A stretch of 64,000 bases of DNA from Bacteroidota bacterium (GCA_040386335.1 JAZKFT010000063.1:1351-65350), one strand, 5' to 3'. Shown: positions 38,541-48,015, counted from the stretch's first letter. Translations and numbers: made by a program. Notes: a model not told the origin generated them from the sequence alone.

Positions 38541-38825
38541 TCACGTCAAAATCGTCAGCTTCTTCCCCGGTTCTACTCTCAGATCCGCATGCTGTGATAT
38601 ATTCAACACGCCCTGGAAAATACACACTCCATTGGCAGGGTTAAAGTTTACCCGTGCTCCTGCTGGTATAGCAGTTGGCGGCTTTAAACCATTTTGCCAG
38701 TTGGCTATATTATTCCAGTCGCTGCCGGGGCCGGTGAAAGTATAAACGCCGTTGTAAACGCGAACAGAATCTTCTATCGTACAACCATTGCAGGCAGTTG
38801 TAGTGATGGAATACAAGCAGGGAAT
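38541..38825 (-). pseudogene. 3-prime remnant of a cell-surface protein gene, fused in frame to the decayed Crp/Fnr gene upstream
   Basis: TFTGPGSDWNNIANWQNG...RVEPGKKLTILT parallels the C-terminus of the 28192-32778 protein (WLGVTNNWHSTANWSNA...AAGAKLLIV). It has no own start or signal peptide. Confidence 0.35.
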
Positions 38826-39304
38826 TGCTACCGTTTTTAAGAATTCAAGATATTTTTCCTTTGCAGGAGTTCATTGAAGTTTAAAAAGTCTATCGGTGAA
38901 ACAACGAAAATTTTGTTCTGCTAAAACCCTTCCAACTTTTTCCCATTGAGTAATACTATCATACAACTCCTGCATCCTTTAAAGCTAATAGAAAGCGTTT
39001 CTGTTTTTTCAAGACACTGAATATTCTCAACAGATTTTGTTTGATTGATAAAACTTGAATAAGAGGAGACAAAGCCATTGTCACTTGATAAATAGGTGGT
39101 TGTTTCTTTAGCCTCTCTCAAATGAAAGACCCGCACCAAACCACTTTCAATAAAATGTAGATGGGTTGAAATTTTACCTTCAACAAGTATATACTCTTTT
39201 TGCCTAAATTCATTATATGTGAATTTGGACGCGATTATTTCTAAATCAGTAGTTGACAATTTCCAAAATGAAACAACCTGCTTTTTTAAATTTTCACTTA
39301 TCAC
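38826..39304 (-). pseudogene. Crp/Fnr-family regulator pseudogene (frameshift, in-frame TGA, HTH domain deleted)
   Basis: The cNMP-binding domain is intact to ...TETLSISFK. The expected continuation MQELYDSITQWEKVGRVLAEQNFRCFTDRLFKLQ is in a shifted frame (shift near 38970). It then hits TGA at 38873-38875, reads TPAKEKYLEFLKT, and breaks off. Confidence 0.6.
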
Positions 39305-39542
39305 CTCTTCAAAATTCTATAGTATGTCTGCAAATTACAATGACCGCTACCGTTTTGGCCTTTCTGCGGTGCCGATATTCCTCGTTCCGCCGGAACTGTT
39401 GGTGAGTAAAGTTAATGCCCTTGAAGTTATATTCTGTTGCCCGGTAGTGTTCGTTTGGCCAGATATGCGGATAAGAAGCGAACGGGACGATGAGGACGCC
39501 CAGCCCCGCTATAGGCAATTACAATATGTGTGCACAGTGCAT

Positions 39543-40022
39543 TTACTTGGTGTCGTACCAATACTTTTGTATTACAACCTCTTTCAATTTAGCATTTGAC
39601 ATTCCCAACATCACTTCACATGTGTCTTCGTAGTTGTCCGGATACATATTCTGGAAATAGCCGATTACCGCATGAATTGTGTCTATACTATCAAAATCTT
39701 TCTGTAAGAATGTCAAATCCCTGTTTGCCTCAGTTTTATACATTGAGCGCCACTGATTGTACATTTGGAAATACCTAAGGGCAATCTTTAAGCAAACATT
39801 ATTTAGGTCTGTTTGTAAAACTGCCGTCCCAACTTTGTACAGAAAATGCTCCGTGATAATTTTGAAATTCTTTTCCAGGATAGTTTTTGTTTCATTAAGC
39901 GTCTGATTGGGTACAAACCAGTTTTCTGCTTCTGTTGTCAACCTAATTCCGTTGTTTTCATCGGAGATATTAACTTTTATGTTGTCAAGATTAAATGTCA
40001 TTGGGATTGACTGAAATTCCAT
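39543..40022 (-). CDS. Hypothetical cytoplasmic protein (orphan)
   Basis: 159-aa ORF with an ATG start and no signal peptide, in AT-rich context. No family recognised. Confidence 0.5.
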   Translation of the reverse strand: MEFQSIPMTFNLDNIKVNISDENNGIRLTTEAENWFVPNQTLNETKTILEKNFKIITEHFLYKVGTAVLQTDLNNVCLKIALRYFQMYNQWRSMYKTEANRDLTFLQKDFDSIDTIHAVIGYFQNMYPDNYEDTCEVMLGMSNAKLKEVVIQKYWYDTK

Positions 40023-40321
40023 TTGAAAAAATTAAACTTCTCGTCATAAAATTAGCTAAAGTCTTTGAGAGCCTTTGTTGCATTGTGCCCAACGTCCTGG
40101 TATTGGTGAAGGCTGCGAATATTACCGAAGCTTCCCGGCCACCGATGTTAAAATTGGCAATAAAAGTTGATGATTGTTCCCCGGGCCCAAAGTTGTTTGC
40201 CAAACCCGAACTGAAGCCCGCTACTGTTACAAATGATGAGGGCGCACTATGTCTGCACAGCTTCTATCGATACTTTCGTTGGTAGCTGTTTTGCTCTCAA
40301 CTCAGGAATAAATTCAGTTAC

Positions 40322-40744
40322 TCAGTCCTTCTTAATAGTAAAGCCAACAGGTGCTTTTAATACTCCTTTGTCATACATATTAATATAAATAGAAACTGTA
40401 TCTGTCGTGCCACTCCAGGTTACTCTATAATTATCAAGCATTGCGTAACCCAGAAAGCCTTTTTCACTTTTAACGGGACAACAACTACCTGCCCTATAAT
40501 AGCTTATTTTCTCCCCGTTTGGACCAGCCAACATATTTAAGTACCTCCTTTCATTTGATGGCCCGCTGCTACTACTATTTCCGCCAACTTCAACCGGGTT
40601 TTTAGAATTCAACCCATAAGTTTCGTCAGTAGAAATTTCTGTGATAACAAAGCTTTCGTTGTCACTAGTTGCTGTTCCGGCTATATTCTTCGTTTGAGAA
40701 CAACCTGAGACTAAAATCAAAAGAAGTGAAAAGAAATGTTTCAT
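40322..40744 (-). CDS. Hypothetical lipoprotein
   Basis: MKHFFSLLLILVSGCSQ lipobox. 140 aa. Confidence 0.6.
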   Translation of the reverse strand: MKHFFSLLLILVSGCSQTKNIAGTATSDNESFVITEISTDETYGLNSKNPVEVGGNSSSSGPSNERRYLNMLAGPNGEKISYYRAGSCCPVKSEKGFLGYAMLDNYRVTWSGTTDTVSIYINMYDKGVLKAPVGFTIKKD

Positions 40745-40904
40745 AAAAAAGGACTTAATTGTTATTAGTGTGTGTTTCCTGAAATGAATATATCACAAAT
40801 TGGGTCAAGTATATAAAAGGTATATCCATAAATCAAAATGAACTTTAAATTTAATTAAAATTGCCACCGGGCAGGCCGTGCCGCGGGCTTGAATTTAGAA
40901 CCTA

Positions 40905-41044
40905 CAGCCTGGAACAGAAGCCCAATTAAATTAATGCTGATGAGGATAAGAACAAAAGGCTAGCAGATTTCCGTTAGCCCGAACCGATGCAGCCGATTGT
41001 ATTTCCTTCTGCCCGGCTTTTGTAAATACCAATGTTTGCTGTAG
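40905..41044. repeat. Intergenic repeat family, copy A
   Basis: In my hand alignment it is roughly three-quarters identical to copy B over the first ~88 nt without gaps. It shares the terminal block TTGTAAA..CCAATGTT.GC.GT and ends 3 nt before the stop of the 41048 gene. Confidence 0.7.
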
Positions 41045-41047
41045 TAC

Positions 41048-41596
41048 TCATGCTCTCGTGCCATAAATTTTCCAACCCTGTTTAGTTTTTCTGACTACCA
41101 TCCAAAAAAACCCGTCACCCGCAACCCTTTTTTCATTGCTCTTTTGGATATTGCCAAATACCAGATAATCAGAATTTGTAAAGTTGTTATTGAACTCTTG
41201 TAAAATTTCGTAAACAAATAAATTATCCGTTTTTTCTGCGGATATTTTCTTAATGATGGTGTCATTATTTTTAGAGGTAAATTCCTTCTTGTTCAGTATC
41301 ACAATTTTATAATGATTGAGATAGTCTTGAAAAGAAGAAAGTCCTTCTGTGAACTCTTCAAATTTGTCACACGCTTTCTTACTTTCAATCATTTTTTTCG
41401 TCGAATAAACTCCTACGCCATTCGGACTAATTATCGCCGCAGAATCGGTAAAAAATGAATAGAATCTGTCACAATCAAGGTCAAAGCAGGTCTTTACAAT
41501 TGATTTGAAAAATTCACTCGCTTCTTGTTTAATGGATTGAGAAGCTCCCAGGTAAGGAGTCAAGATTAGAATTCCTATGTAGAAAAGTTGTTTCAT
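41048..41596 (-). CDS. Hypothetical exported protein, possibly NTF2-like
   Basis: Signal peptide MKQLFYIGILILTPYLGASQ. Ending ...FFWMVVRKTKQGWKIYGTRA. Confidence 0.55.
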   Translation of the reverse strand: MKQLFYIGILILTPYLGASQSIKQEASEFFKSIVKTCFDLDCDRFYSFFTDSAAIISPNGVGVYSTKKMIESKKACDKFEEFTEGLSSFQDYLNHYKIVILNKKEFTSKNNDTIIKKISAEKTDNLFVYEILQEFNNNFTNSDYLVFGNIQKSNEKRVAGDGFFWMVVRKTKQGWKIYGTRA

Positions 41597-41648
41597 TAAA
41601 TTATAGCTAACGTTTATGGCTGACTGCTGTGATTACATTCATACACGC

Positions 41649-41800
41649 CAGCCTGGAACCGAAGTCCAATAGAATTACTTCTGATGAAGATATGGACAAA
41701 TGACCATCAAATTTCCATATGCCAGAACTGCTGATGATAGTGAGCCAAAAGATGAGAATTTATCAGCAAGGATTGTTGTAAACCCAATGTTAGCGGTTCG
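41649..41800. repeat. Intergenic repeat family, copy B (longest)
   Basis: See copy A. It ends CCAATGTTAGCGGTTCG, 13 nt before the stop (41814) of the next minus-strand gene. Confidence 0.7.
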
Positions 41801-41813
41801 TCTTTCTTGTTTT

Positions 41814-42812
41814 CTAATTCGATGTCATTTTTATTGTCTGCAACCATCTTACAACCAGGCTTTCCCAATCAGCTATGGGAAGTTTATTCCAAAGCGGATT
41901 GTCAAGTGCTGTTCTATTTAAACCAAATGCATGTCCACCTTCTGCATAAATATGGTATTCAGCTGAAACACCTGCTTTTTTCAAAGCAATATAATAAACC
42001 AATGAATTCTGAATGGTATCAACAGGGTCGTTTCCTGCTTGAAGAATAAACATAGGAGGGGTGTTGCTGTCTACGTGAAGTGTATTGTTGAGGTCATATG
42101 GATGTTTTGTATGCACAGTCATATGACCTGGAAAAAATGATAAGCCGAAATCAGGTCTGCAATTTATAGTGTCAATATTGTCAGTGATCGGGTAGGCCCG
42201 CTTCTTGTAATTGGTACTTACATCCGCAACTAAATGTCCGCCTGCTGAAAATCCCATTACCCCAACTTTGTTGGCGTTAATATTCCATTCTTTGGCCCGG
42301 AAGCGAACTAAACTTACTGCTCTTTGTGCGTCTTGCAAGGCAAGGGGTTTAATTGGGTCTTTTCCGCATTCACAATCTTTGTCATAATGATGCCCTGACG
42401 CTGGAACGCGGTATTTTAGTAGTACTCCTGTTACTCCGATAGACGCTAACCATTCACATATTTCTGAACCTTCAAGGTCAATAGCAAGTCTATTGTAACC
42501 ACCACCCGGAAATACAAGTATTGCAACTCCTGTATTATTCTCTCTGGGAGCGTAAATTTTTATAGTTGGGTTGGATACATTATTTATCATTCCTTCATCA
42601 TATGTTTCTGTTCCCTTTATTAGTTCAAAGTCGGGAATGCTTTTTGCCCAAATGGGAATTTCTTTACTTACTATTGAAGCATTTGTTGATTGAGCTTTAT
42701 TGTTCGTTTCTTGTGTTCCTTGTCTATTTTGGTTACAAGAAATTAAGTTGATAGTAATTACTAAAACAAATAAAAACTGTCTGATTGATATTTTACTTTT
42801 CGATAGGTTCAT
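41814..42812 (-). CDS. Alpha/beta-hydrolase esterase lipoprotein (carbohydrate-esterase/xylanase-like)
   Basis: Leader with LISC lipobox. Oxyanion FPGGGY. Nucleophile elbow GFSAGGH. C-terminal GGHAF. Confidence 0.8.
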   Translation of the reverse strand: MNLSKSKISIRQFLFVLVITINLISCNQNRQGTQETNNKAQSTNASIVSKEIPIWAKSIPDFELIKGTETYDEGMINNVSNPTIKIYAPRENNTGVAILVFPGGGYNRLAIDLEGSEICEWLASIGVTGVLLKYRVPASGHHYDKDCECGKDPIKPLALQDAQRAVSLVRFRAKEWNINANKVGVMGFSAGGHLVADVSTNYKKRAYPITDNIDTINCRPDFGLSFFPGHMTVHTKHPYDLNNTLHVDSNTPPMFILQAGNDPVDTIQNSLVYYIALKKAGVSAEYHIYAEGGHAFGLNRTALDNPLWNKLPIADWESLVVRWLQTIKMTSN

Positions 42813-42850
42813 TTCTAATGCAAGTGTCGGTTAAGCTGACCACTAACGGA

Positions 42851-43205
42851 TTAAGGCTTACTGCTGAACTGGCATTCAATATTATCCAGCCTTGGCCGCA
42901 GCCGATTGAAAAACTGATGCTCAAGATAAATACAAAAGCCCAAAAGTGTTTCGTCTGCCGGATAATAGCTGATAGTATTCCAACAGTCGATTGGCTCTTT
43001 GGATGCTGTTCCAGTGAAAGAGTACGTCAGGTGGAATTTCACTTCTGTCATTAAGGAGAACGGGAAAAGAATGCACGGGAGTTGCCCTGATTTTATTTTG
43101 CTCAATGTGAATTTCCCAACGCACTTTGTGAAAGCTGTTATTGAGTCCGCTTAAATTGTCAGTACTTAATAAAATGATTTTATTTGACAGTTCAGCCAGG
43201 TACAA
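42851..43205 (-). pseudogene. Possible remnant of an AraC-type regulator N-terminal (cupin-like) domain; frameshifted, no HTH domain
   Basis: Two overlapping minus-strand frames read ...HKVRWEIHIEQNKIRATPVHSFP / FSLMTEVKFHLTYSFTGTASKEPIDCWNTISYYPADETLLGFCIYLEHQFFN. No DNA-binding domain follows. Confidence 0.3.
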
Positions 43206-43331
43206 ACGGATGGTGGTGGCTATTTTACCAACAGACAGCCTGCTGTGTTTTTGCAGACAGCGGAAACAAACTTTCCCTGAATCACTTGCTATTAATATTG
43301 CAGCAACGAAACCTGATCCGGCATATATTAT

Positions 43332-44774
43332 TTAGTAAGCCTTAAGGTTCCATTTAGAATTGTCGCTATTAAAATCAAATGTGGCAAGTGCCGGTGTGCT
43401 ATCTCCGGAAGATACGAGTGCTAATTTTTTTCCTGTATTGGAATCTGTTTTAGGCATTATTCTATAGGTACCATCAGTCAATTGATCTATCCGCCATAAT
43501 TGTTCAGGAGCACCTGTAAATGCCGGTACTGTTACCACCTCAGCATTTGCTGTAGCTGCCAATGCCCGCTCCGTTCCTGCCAAGACAATTTGATAATAAG
43601 GTCCGCCTAAATACCCGGTGCTATCAGGAGCCTTGGTAATCGTCCATTTTTGGTGGGGGCGGGACATATAATCACCAATGCGTAAAGCTATATTACCCGT
43701 TGGCCAGTTTTTTATTACATCTGCTAACTCTTGTGCGGGAACGGGTTTTATGGGCTCATTGTTGGGCTGACCAAATCCCCGCATTCCACCAGCCATTCTT
43801 GTAAAATCAACTGCGAGCTCCAAAGCATATCCTCTTCTCACGGATTCAATTTCATACACGCCCTCTTTAAATTTCTCTCCTGCAACTGGCCATCCATCTT
43901 TCCAAAGCACTGGAAGAATTCCCAATACACTTCGGCCGCCCTGCTCTAAATCTGCCTCATAATGAAGGGACATTTTTTCAACTCCTTTCTCAAGAATTAT
44001 GTGTCCAAAATGGCCGGGACCTATTAATCCGCCACGGGTAGCAGCGACCATTTTGCCACCACCTTCCAACATGCTTCTTCCCACATTATCAAGATAAGGG
44101 CCTGTAATTTGTTTTGAACGGCCTACCACTACGTTGTAAGTAGAGTTCGCACCATCGCAACAACTACCATGGGTGGCGAGCAGATAGTACCATCCCTCAC
44201 GATATACTAAAACTGAAGCTTCACATACAATGGCTACATCTACGGGTTTATTACCCGCTACACGTTTCCCTGTTTTGGGATCCAATTCTACAAGGCGGGT
44301 GAATCCAAAATAAGTTCCGTATGTCAACCAAAGGCGACCCGTAACAGGATCTAACATAAGTCCGGGGTCGATAGCATCATTTTCTTCATAACCGTCAGAC
44401 GTGGCGACCACAACCGGTTCAGAATATTTAAAATCAGGTGATATTGGATCCAGTGTTTTATTCCACATAGTGAGTATGGCGCCTTTGTGGTTACTTGCGC
44501 CGCCGGTTGCTCCATATACAACAAGGTAACGGTTTCCAATTTTCATGGCATCCGGGGCGGCCCCACCGCCTGGCCTCACACCACCGCCATTCCAGGTCCA
44601 GCCATCTTTGGAAATTAATCCGCCACTACCTGTGCCAAAGGTGTAATACTTTCCGTCACATTCAACGATCGTTGAAGGATCATGGATAAATGGCTTTCCA
44701 ACCTGTGCTATTAATGTTTGTGTTATCAATACTGTTAACAAGCAACTGATGCCGGCTATTTTTATTCTTTTCAT
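43332..44774 (-). CDS. GH43-family glycoside hydrolase (arabinanase-like) with C-terminal ricin-B/CBM13-like lectin domain
   Basis: Signal peptide. FIHDPSTIVECDGKYYTFGTG five-bladed-propeller start. The C-terminal ~130 aa carry QLW/KW ricin-type repeats. Confidence 0.8.
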   Translation of the reverse strand: MKRIKIAGISCLLTVLITQTLIAQVGKPFIHDPSTIVECDGKYYTFGTGSGGLISKDGWTWNGGGVRPGGGAAPDAMKIGNRYLVVYGATGGASNHKGAILTMWNKTLDPISPDFKYSEPVVVATSDGYEENDAIDPGLMLDPVTGRLWLTYGTYFGFTRLVELDPKTGKRVAGNKPVDVAIVCEASVLVYREGWYYLLATHGSCCDGANSTYNVVVGRSKQITGPYLDNVGRSMLEGGGKMVAATRGGLIGPGHFGHIILEKGVEKMSLHYEADLEQGGRSVLGILPVLWKDGWPVAGEKFKEGVYEIESVRRGYALELAVDFTRMAGGMRGFGQPNNEPIKPVPAQELADVIKNWPTGNIALRIGDYMSRPHQKWTITKAPDSTGYLGGPYYQIVLAGTERALAATANAEVVTVPAFTGAPEQLWRIDQLTDGTYRIMPKTDSNTGKKLALVSSGDSTPALATFDFNSDNSKWNLKAY

Positions 44775-44826
44775 AATAAACTTCGATTTCAGACTAATGG
44801 ATACTTTAAAAAAAGGCTAACAACTT

Positions 44827-45588
44827 TTATTCGTAACTAATACTGAAGTTTTTTACCGGCAATCCCTTTTCATCGATAAACCGAACACAATAGTTGCACA
44901 TACCTGGGCCATTGATGACTGCGCCACGAATAATATTTTTTCCTTTTTTCAATGTTATAAGTGAGGAGGTTCCATTATCTACTATCATATCCCTGTCACC
45001 GGATAATATCAACGCTTCTTCTCCATTCAACCACCACATGCTTCCGGAATTACATCCTGCAGCTAATCGTACGTTTTTGATTTCTGCAGGGCAATCAATA
45101 ACGGTGACTAACCAAAACAGTACACCGTAAGGCGGTTTGTTGATAGCATAAGTAAAATGATACAAATTAAAGTTGAAGGTCTTGCTGTCAAGCGCATGCC
45201 ATTTTAATTCCTGGTCTCCTACTTTTACTTGTTCACCATTTTTAGGAATCAGATTGTAATCAGCAGAAAAATTATCATTCGAAAAATTTGTGCGGAGATA
45301 GTTATCGGTGAATATATTATTCCTGGCAATGGTTTTTCTTACGGGTTCGAGTACCAGCCACCTTTGAATAAATCCCTTATTGTCAGGTGTCTTTTTGCTC
45401 TTGGCCGCCGGTATAAAATGCCTGGTCAGTGTATGTGTCGTATCGCCGCTAATCGGTATTGGAGGCAGGTTTGGTCTTTGTGGTTGTTGCGGGGGAGTTT
45501 GTCCGACAGCGTTAAAACTACATAGCTGTAGTCCCGATAAAACAACAAAAGTCGTAGCTGGTAAAAGGAATTTAAATTTTCTGTTCAT
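44827..45588 (-). CDS. Exported protein, probable galactose-binding-domain-like beta-sandwich; function unknown
   Basis: Signal peptide ending AVGQ. 253 aa. WLVLEP... motif region. No catalytic motif recognised. Confidence 0.5.
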   Translation of the reverse strand: MNRKFKFLLPATTFVVLSGLQLCSFNAVGQTPPQQPQRPNLPPIPISGDTTHTLTRHFIPAAKSKKTPDNKGFIQRWLVLEPVRKTIARNNIFTDNYLRTNFSNDNFSADYNLIPKNGEQVKVGDQELKWHALDSKTFNFNLYHFTYAINKPPYGVLFWLVTVIDCPAEIKNVRLAAGCNSGSMWWLNGEEALILSGDRDMIVDNGTSSLITLKKGKNIIRGAVINGPGMCNYCVRFIDEKGLPVKNFSISYE

Positions 45589-45660
45589 AGCAGATATCTT
45601 GTGTAAAAAATTTTGTTCCTGTAATTATGATCTTAAATAATCAGTCCGGACAAATAATAA

Positions 45661-45694
45661 TATCCCGGGACGTTTTTCTCAACATCCCGGGATA
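45661..45694 (-). terminator. Rho-independent terminator of the 45716-46051 gene
   Basis: Perfect 10-bp stem TATCCCGGGA / TCCCGGGATA with a 14-nt loop, 22 nt after the stop. On the minus strand it is followed by TTATTTG. Confidence 0.5.
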
Positions 45695-45715
45695 ATAATT
45701 TATAAACAATAGTTG

Positions 45716-46051
45716 TTACTTAACCCTGGTAAGTTTCATTTCTCCTCTTTCATTCTTAACCAATATTTCATTTTCATTGATCAGCTCTGCTGTACTGGCC
45801 ATTTTAGTATCATTAAAAGAAATACTGTAGGAAAATTTTTTACCATCGATCTTGCCATCTTCTAACTTAGCTTCACCAAATTGTGTCTTCCACAGTCCGG
45901 TAACTACATTTCCTTCTACTTTAAAAGTATAATTTACTTCGAAAGTACCGTTGGGTGTCTCACGGCTTCCTTTCCAGTTCCCATCAACAGGATTTTGAGC
46001 AACGGCTGTATAAAATCCGAAGGATAGTAATAAACTTAAAATGTATTTCAT
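45716..46051 (-). CDS. Small exported protein, unknown function
   Basis: Signal peptide MKYILSLLLSFGFYTAVAQ. 111 aa with an all-beta-looking pattern. Confidence 0.55.
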   Translation of the reverse strand: MKYILSLLLSFGFYTAVAQNPVDGNWKGSRETPNGTFEVNYTFKVEGNVVTGLWKTQFGEAKLEDGKIDGKKFSYSISFNDTKMASTAELINENEILVKNERGEMKLTRVK

Positions 46052-46109
46052 ATCGTCTTGTTTTTAATTATTAATACTTTTCTAAAAATTAAATCAGGGT
46101 TTTATATTT

Positions 46110-47183
46110 TTAAAATGCTTCTACTCCTTTAACATTCATCTTTACGGAAGTAACTCTGTCAGGGCTTGTCATAAATAATATTTTATTATTTGATCCTGCA
46201 AAAACATTGTTGGTGCCTCCTTTACCTGGAATGGTAAGTATTTTAGTTCCATTTTTATCATAGGCATTCAATCCAACTCCGCCACTTAGATAAATATTTC
46301 CTTTATCGTCTAATGACATGCCATCACAGAAATTTAAATTGCTAACCAATGTCTGCATATTGGAAAGTGTACCATCAGGATTTATAGTAAATGACCTGAT
46401 TTGCCCGGAACCATCATAAGTCCAATTATTTACGTAGAGCGTTTTTCCATCAGGAGTTCCGGTGATACCATTGGGCCAAATGTCGGCATTCCATCCTGCC
46501 ATTGTTGTTACTCTTACAAGTGTGTTGCTACCCGGGGCGAGATAATATACATGTCCGCCTTTACCAGTTGCAGCCTGCTCTGAGTGTGTTGGTTCCCAAT
46601 TTTGTTTGCGTGGATCTGATGCATCCCAATAATCTCTTGGAAAAATAGGATCAGTAATATAAATGCCACCATTTTTTGGATTTATCCAAACATCATTCGG
46701 GCCATTTAATAATTTACCATTATAGTTATTTACCAATACAGTATGGGATCCGTCAGGTGCTATTCTCCAAATTTCTCCATGCATATCCGCACAAGCAATG
46801 AGGTAGCCATCTTTATCAAAAGCCATTCCATTAGAGCGGCCGGTACCTGCTAAAAAAGTAGTGATCTCTCCCGTTGATGCTTTCCATTTGTAAATCTTAT
46901 CATTAGGCTGATCAGTAAAGAATACGTTTCCGTTTTTATCAACAGCAGGACCTTCTGTAAAACCGAATCCTTTTTGAATAGTGTCTAACACATCGTGCTG
47001 GCTTGAAGAAATAAGGCCAGTCGGGTCAAAAAAATTGCTGCCCGATGAAGGGCCATTAGCAGAAGCAGTTTCCGTTGCTAATGTAGTTTGATCTTCATTT
47101 TCATGTTGGAGCATGCTTTTTGTACATGAAAAAAGCCCGATGGCTAATACTAATCCGAAGGAAAAAATCATTTTCGTTTTCAT
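46110..47183 (-). CDS. SMP-30/gluconolactonase/LRE-family lipoprotein
   Basis: ATG at 47183 (MKTKMIFSFGLVLAIGLFSC). GFTEGPAVDKNGNVFFTD, SNGMAFDKDG, GPNDVWINP six-blade propeller motifs. The ORF-track extension to 47387 belongs to a decayed upstream gene. Confidence 0.8.
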   Translation of the reverse strand: MKTKMIFSFGLVLAIGLFSCTKSMLQHENEDQTTLATETASANGPSSGSNFFDPTGLISSSQHDVLDTIQKGFGFTEGPAVDKNGNVFFTDQPNDKIYKWKASTGEITTFLAGTGRSNGMAFDKDGYLIACADMHGEIWRIAPDGSHTVLVNNYNGKLLNGPNDVWINPKNGGIYITDPIFPRDYWDASDPRKQNWEPTHSEQAATGKGGHVYYLAPGSNTLVRVTTMAGWNADIWPNGITGTPDGKTLYVNNWTYDGSGQIRSFTINPDGTLSNMQTLVSNLNFCDGMSLDDKGNIYLSGGVGLNAYDKNGTKILTIPGKGGTNNVFAGSNNKILFMTSPDRVTSVKMNVKGVEAF

Positions 47184-47362
47184 ACTGGCAAACAGTTTTG
47201 AGGTTAATGTAAAAAGTGACAATCGTTTGAATTTTGCAGATCTCTGCAATAACCGGAAAGCTATCTGGTTTAAAAAGTAAAAACTACCATCATCTACCGC
47301 CGGAGAATTTTGAACAAATGCACTGTTATCTGTCTCCGCTATAAATGGTCCTGCCCATTTTA

Positions 47363-47617
47363 TTATCTTGTCACCATTGCTACCCAATGCACCCAGGTTC
47401 TCATCCGGGCGTCAGGGTCATCCATAATTATTGCAAAACTTTTCGTGTTTTCAGGAGCCCCAGTCTTACTAAGCGGTGGTAAAACATTAGAACCATCACA
47501 AGTAAATTTAACCGGGACAGGCTTACCAACTTCGAAGGCGGAGCTGAACTATTGAAATTTGCCTGATGCCTGCGCAGTTGCTACTCCTGTTATAAAAAGA
47601 AAATTAAAAAGGAACAT
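47363..47617 (-). pseudogene. PEBP (YbhB/YbcL) family pseudogene
   Basis: Hand translation: MFLFNFLFITGVATAQASGKFQ*FSSAFEVGKPVPVKFTCDGSNVLPPLSKTGAPENTKSFAIIMDDPDARMRTWVHWVAMVTR*. There is an in-frame TAG at codon 23 and the C-terminal half is lost. Confidence 0.5.
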
Positions 47618-47649
47618 ATGGCTTAAAAGAATTCTGAGTGAACATTCGT

Positions 47650-47734
47650 CGGCTGGCACCGAAGCCGAATAGCAAAAATGCTGAGAATTTATTCGTTGCC
47701 CCGCCATATTGCCAATGCAATGTTATGCGTTCGG
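47650..47734. repeat. Intergenic repeat family, copy C (internally deleted)
   Basis: GGCTGGCACCGAAGCCGAATAGCAAAAATGCTGAGAATTTA...GCCAATGCAATGTTATGCGTTCGG matches the two ends of copy B. Confidence 0.6.
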
Positions 47735-47775
47735 CATTCATTCAGTATAGTTAGTATTTTAACTACTGATGTTAG

Positions 47776-48015
47776 TTATAAGCCAACCCTATTCTTAAGG
47801 TCCTTAAATCTCACATCATTTCTAATTCGTTTCCAGCGGGGATCATGGTTCAGCCAGAGTAAGCAGCCATGAATGCCACCACCATCTTCTGCATCCCTGT
47901 TTAGCCAGAGAAAAGTGTTTTCGAAATCTCCAGGAGCTTCATACACTGAGGCTATTTAATACTTCACCACATGCTCACCTCCTGCATATATGTCCAGCAC
48001 TTCTTGTAATGCCAG
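47776..48015 (-). pseudogene. 3-prime remnant of a gene with a TPR-protein-type C-terminus; internal stop
   Basis: Hand translation: LALQEVLDIYAGGEHVVKY*IASVYEAPGDFENTFLWLNRDAEDGGGIHGCLLWLNHDPRWKRIRNDVRFKDLKNRVGL*. The W.N.DPR....R.D.RF.DL..RVGL ending is typical. No start codon. Confidence 0.4.

Noticed and set aside
39991-40285. Overlapping 70- and 96-aa ORFs in the 40023-40321 gap
   Set aside because: Neither has a convincing start, a leader or a recognisable motif. The gap may hold another decayed fragment, but I could not support a call.
47184-47387. ORF-track N-terminal extension of the gluconolactonase-like gene (start 47387)
   Set aside because: A lipoprotein leader starts at the ATG at 47183. 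The extension is the out-of-frame tail of the decayed PEBP gene.
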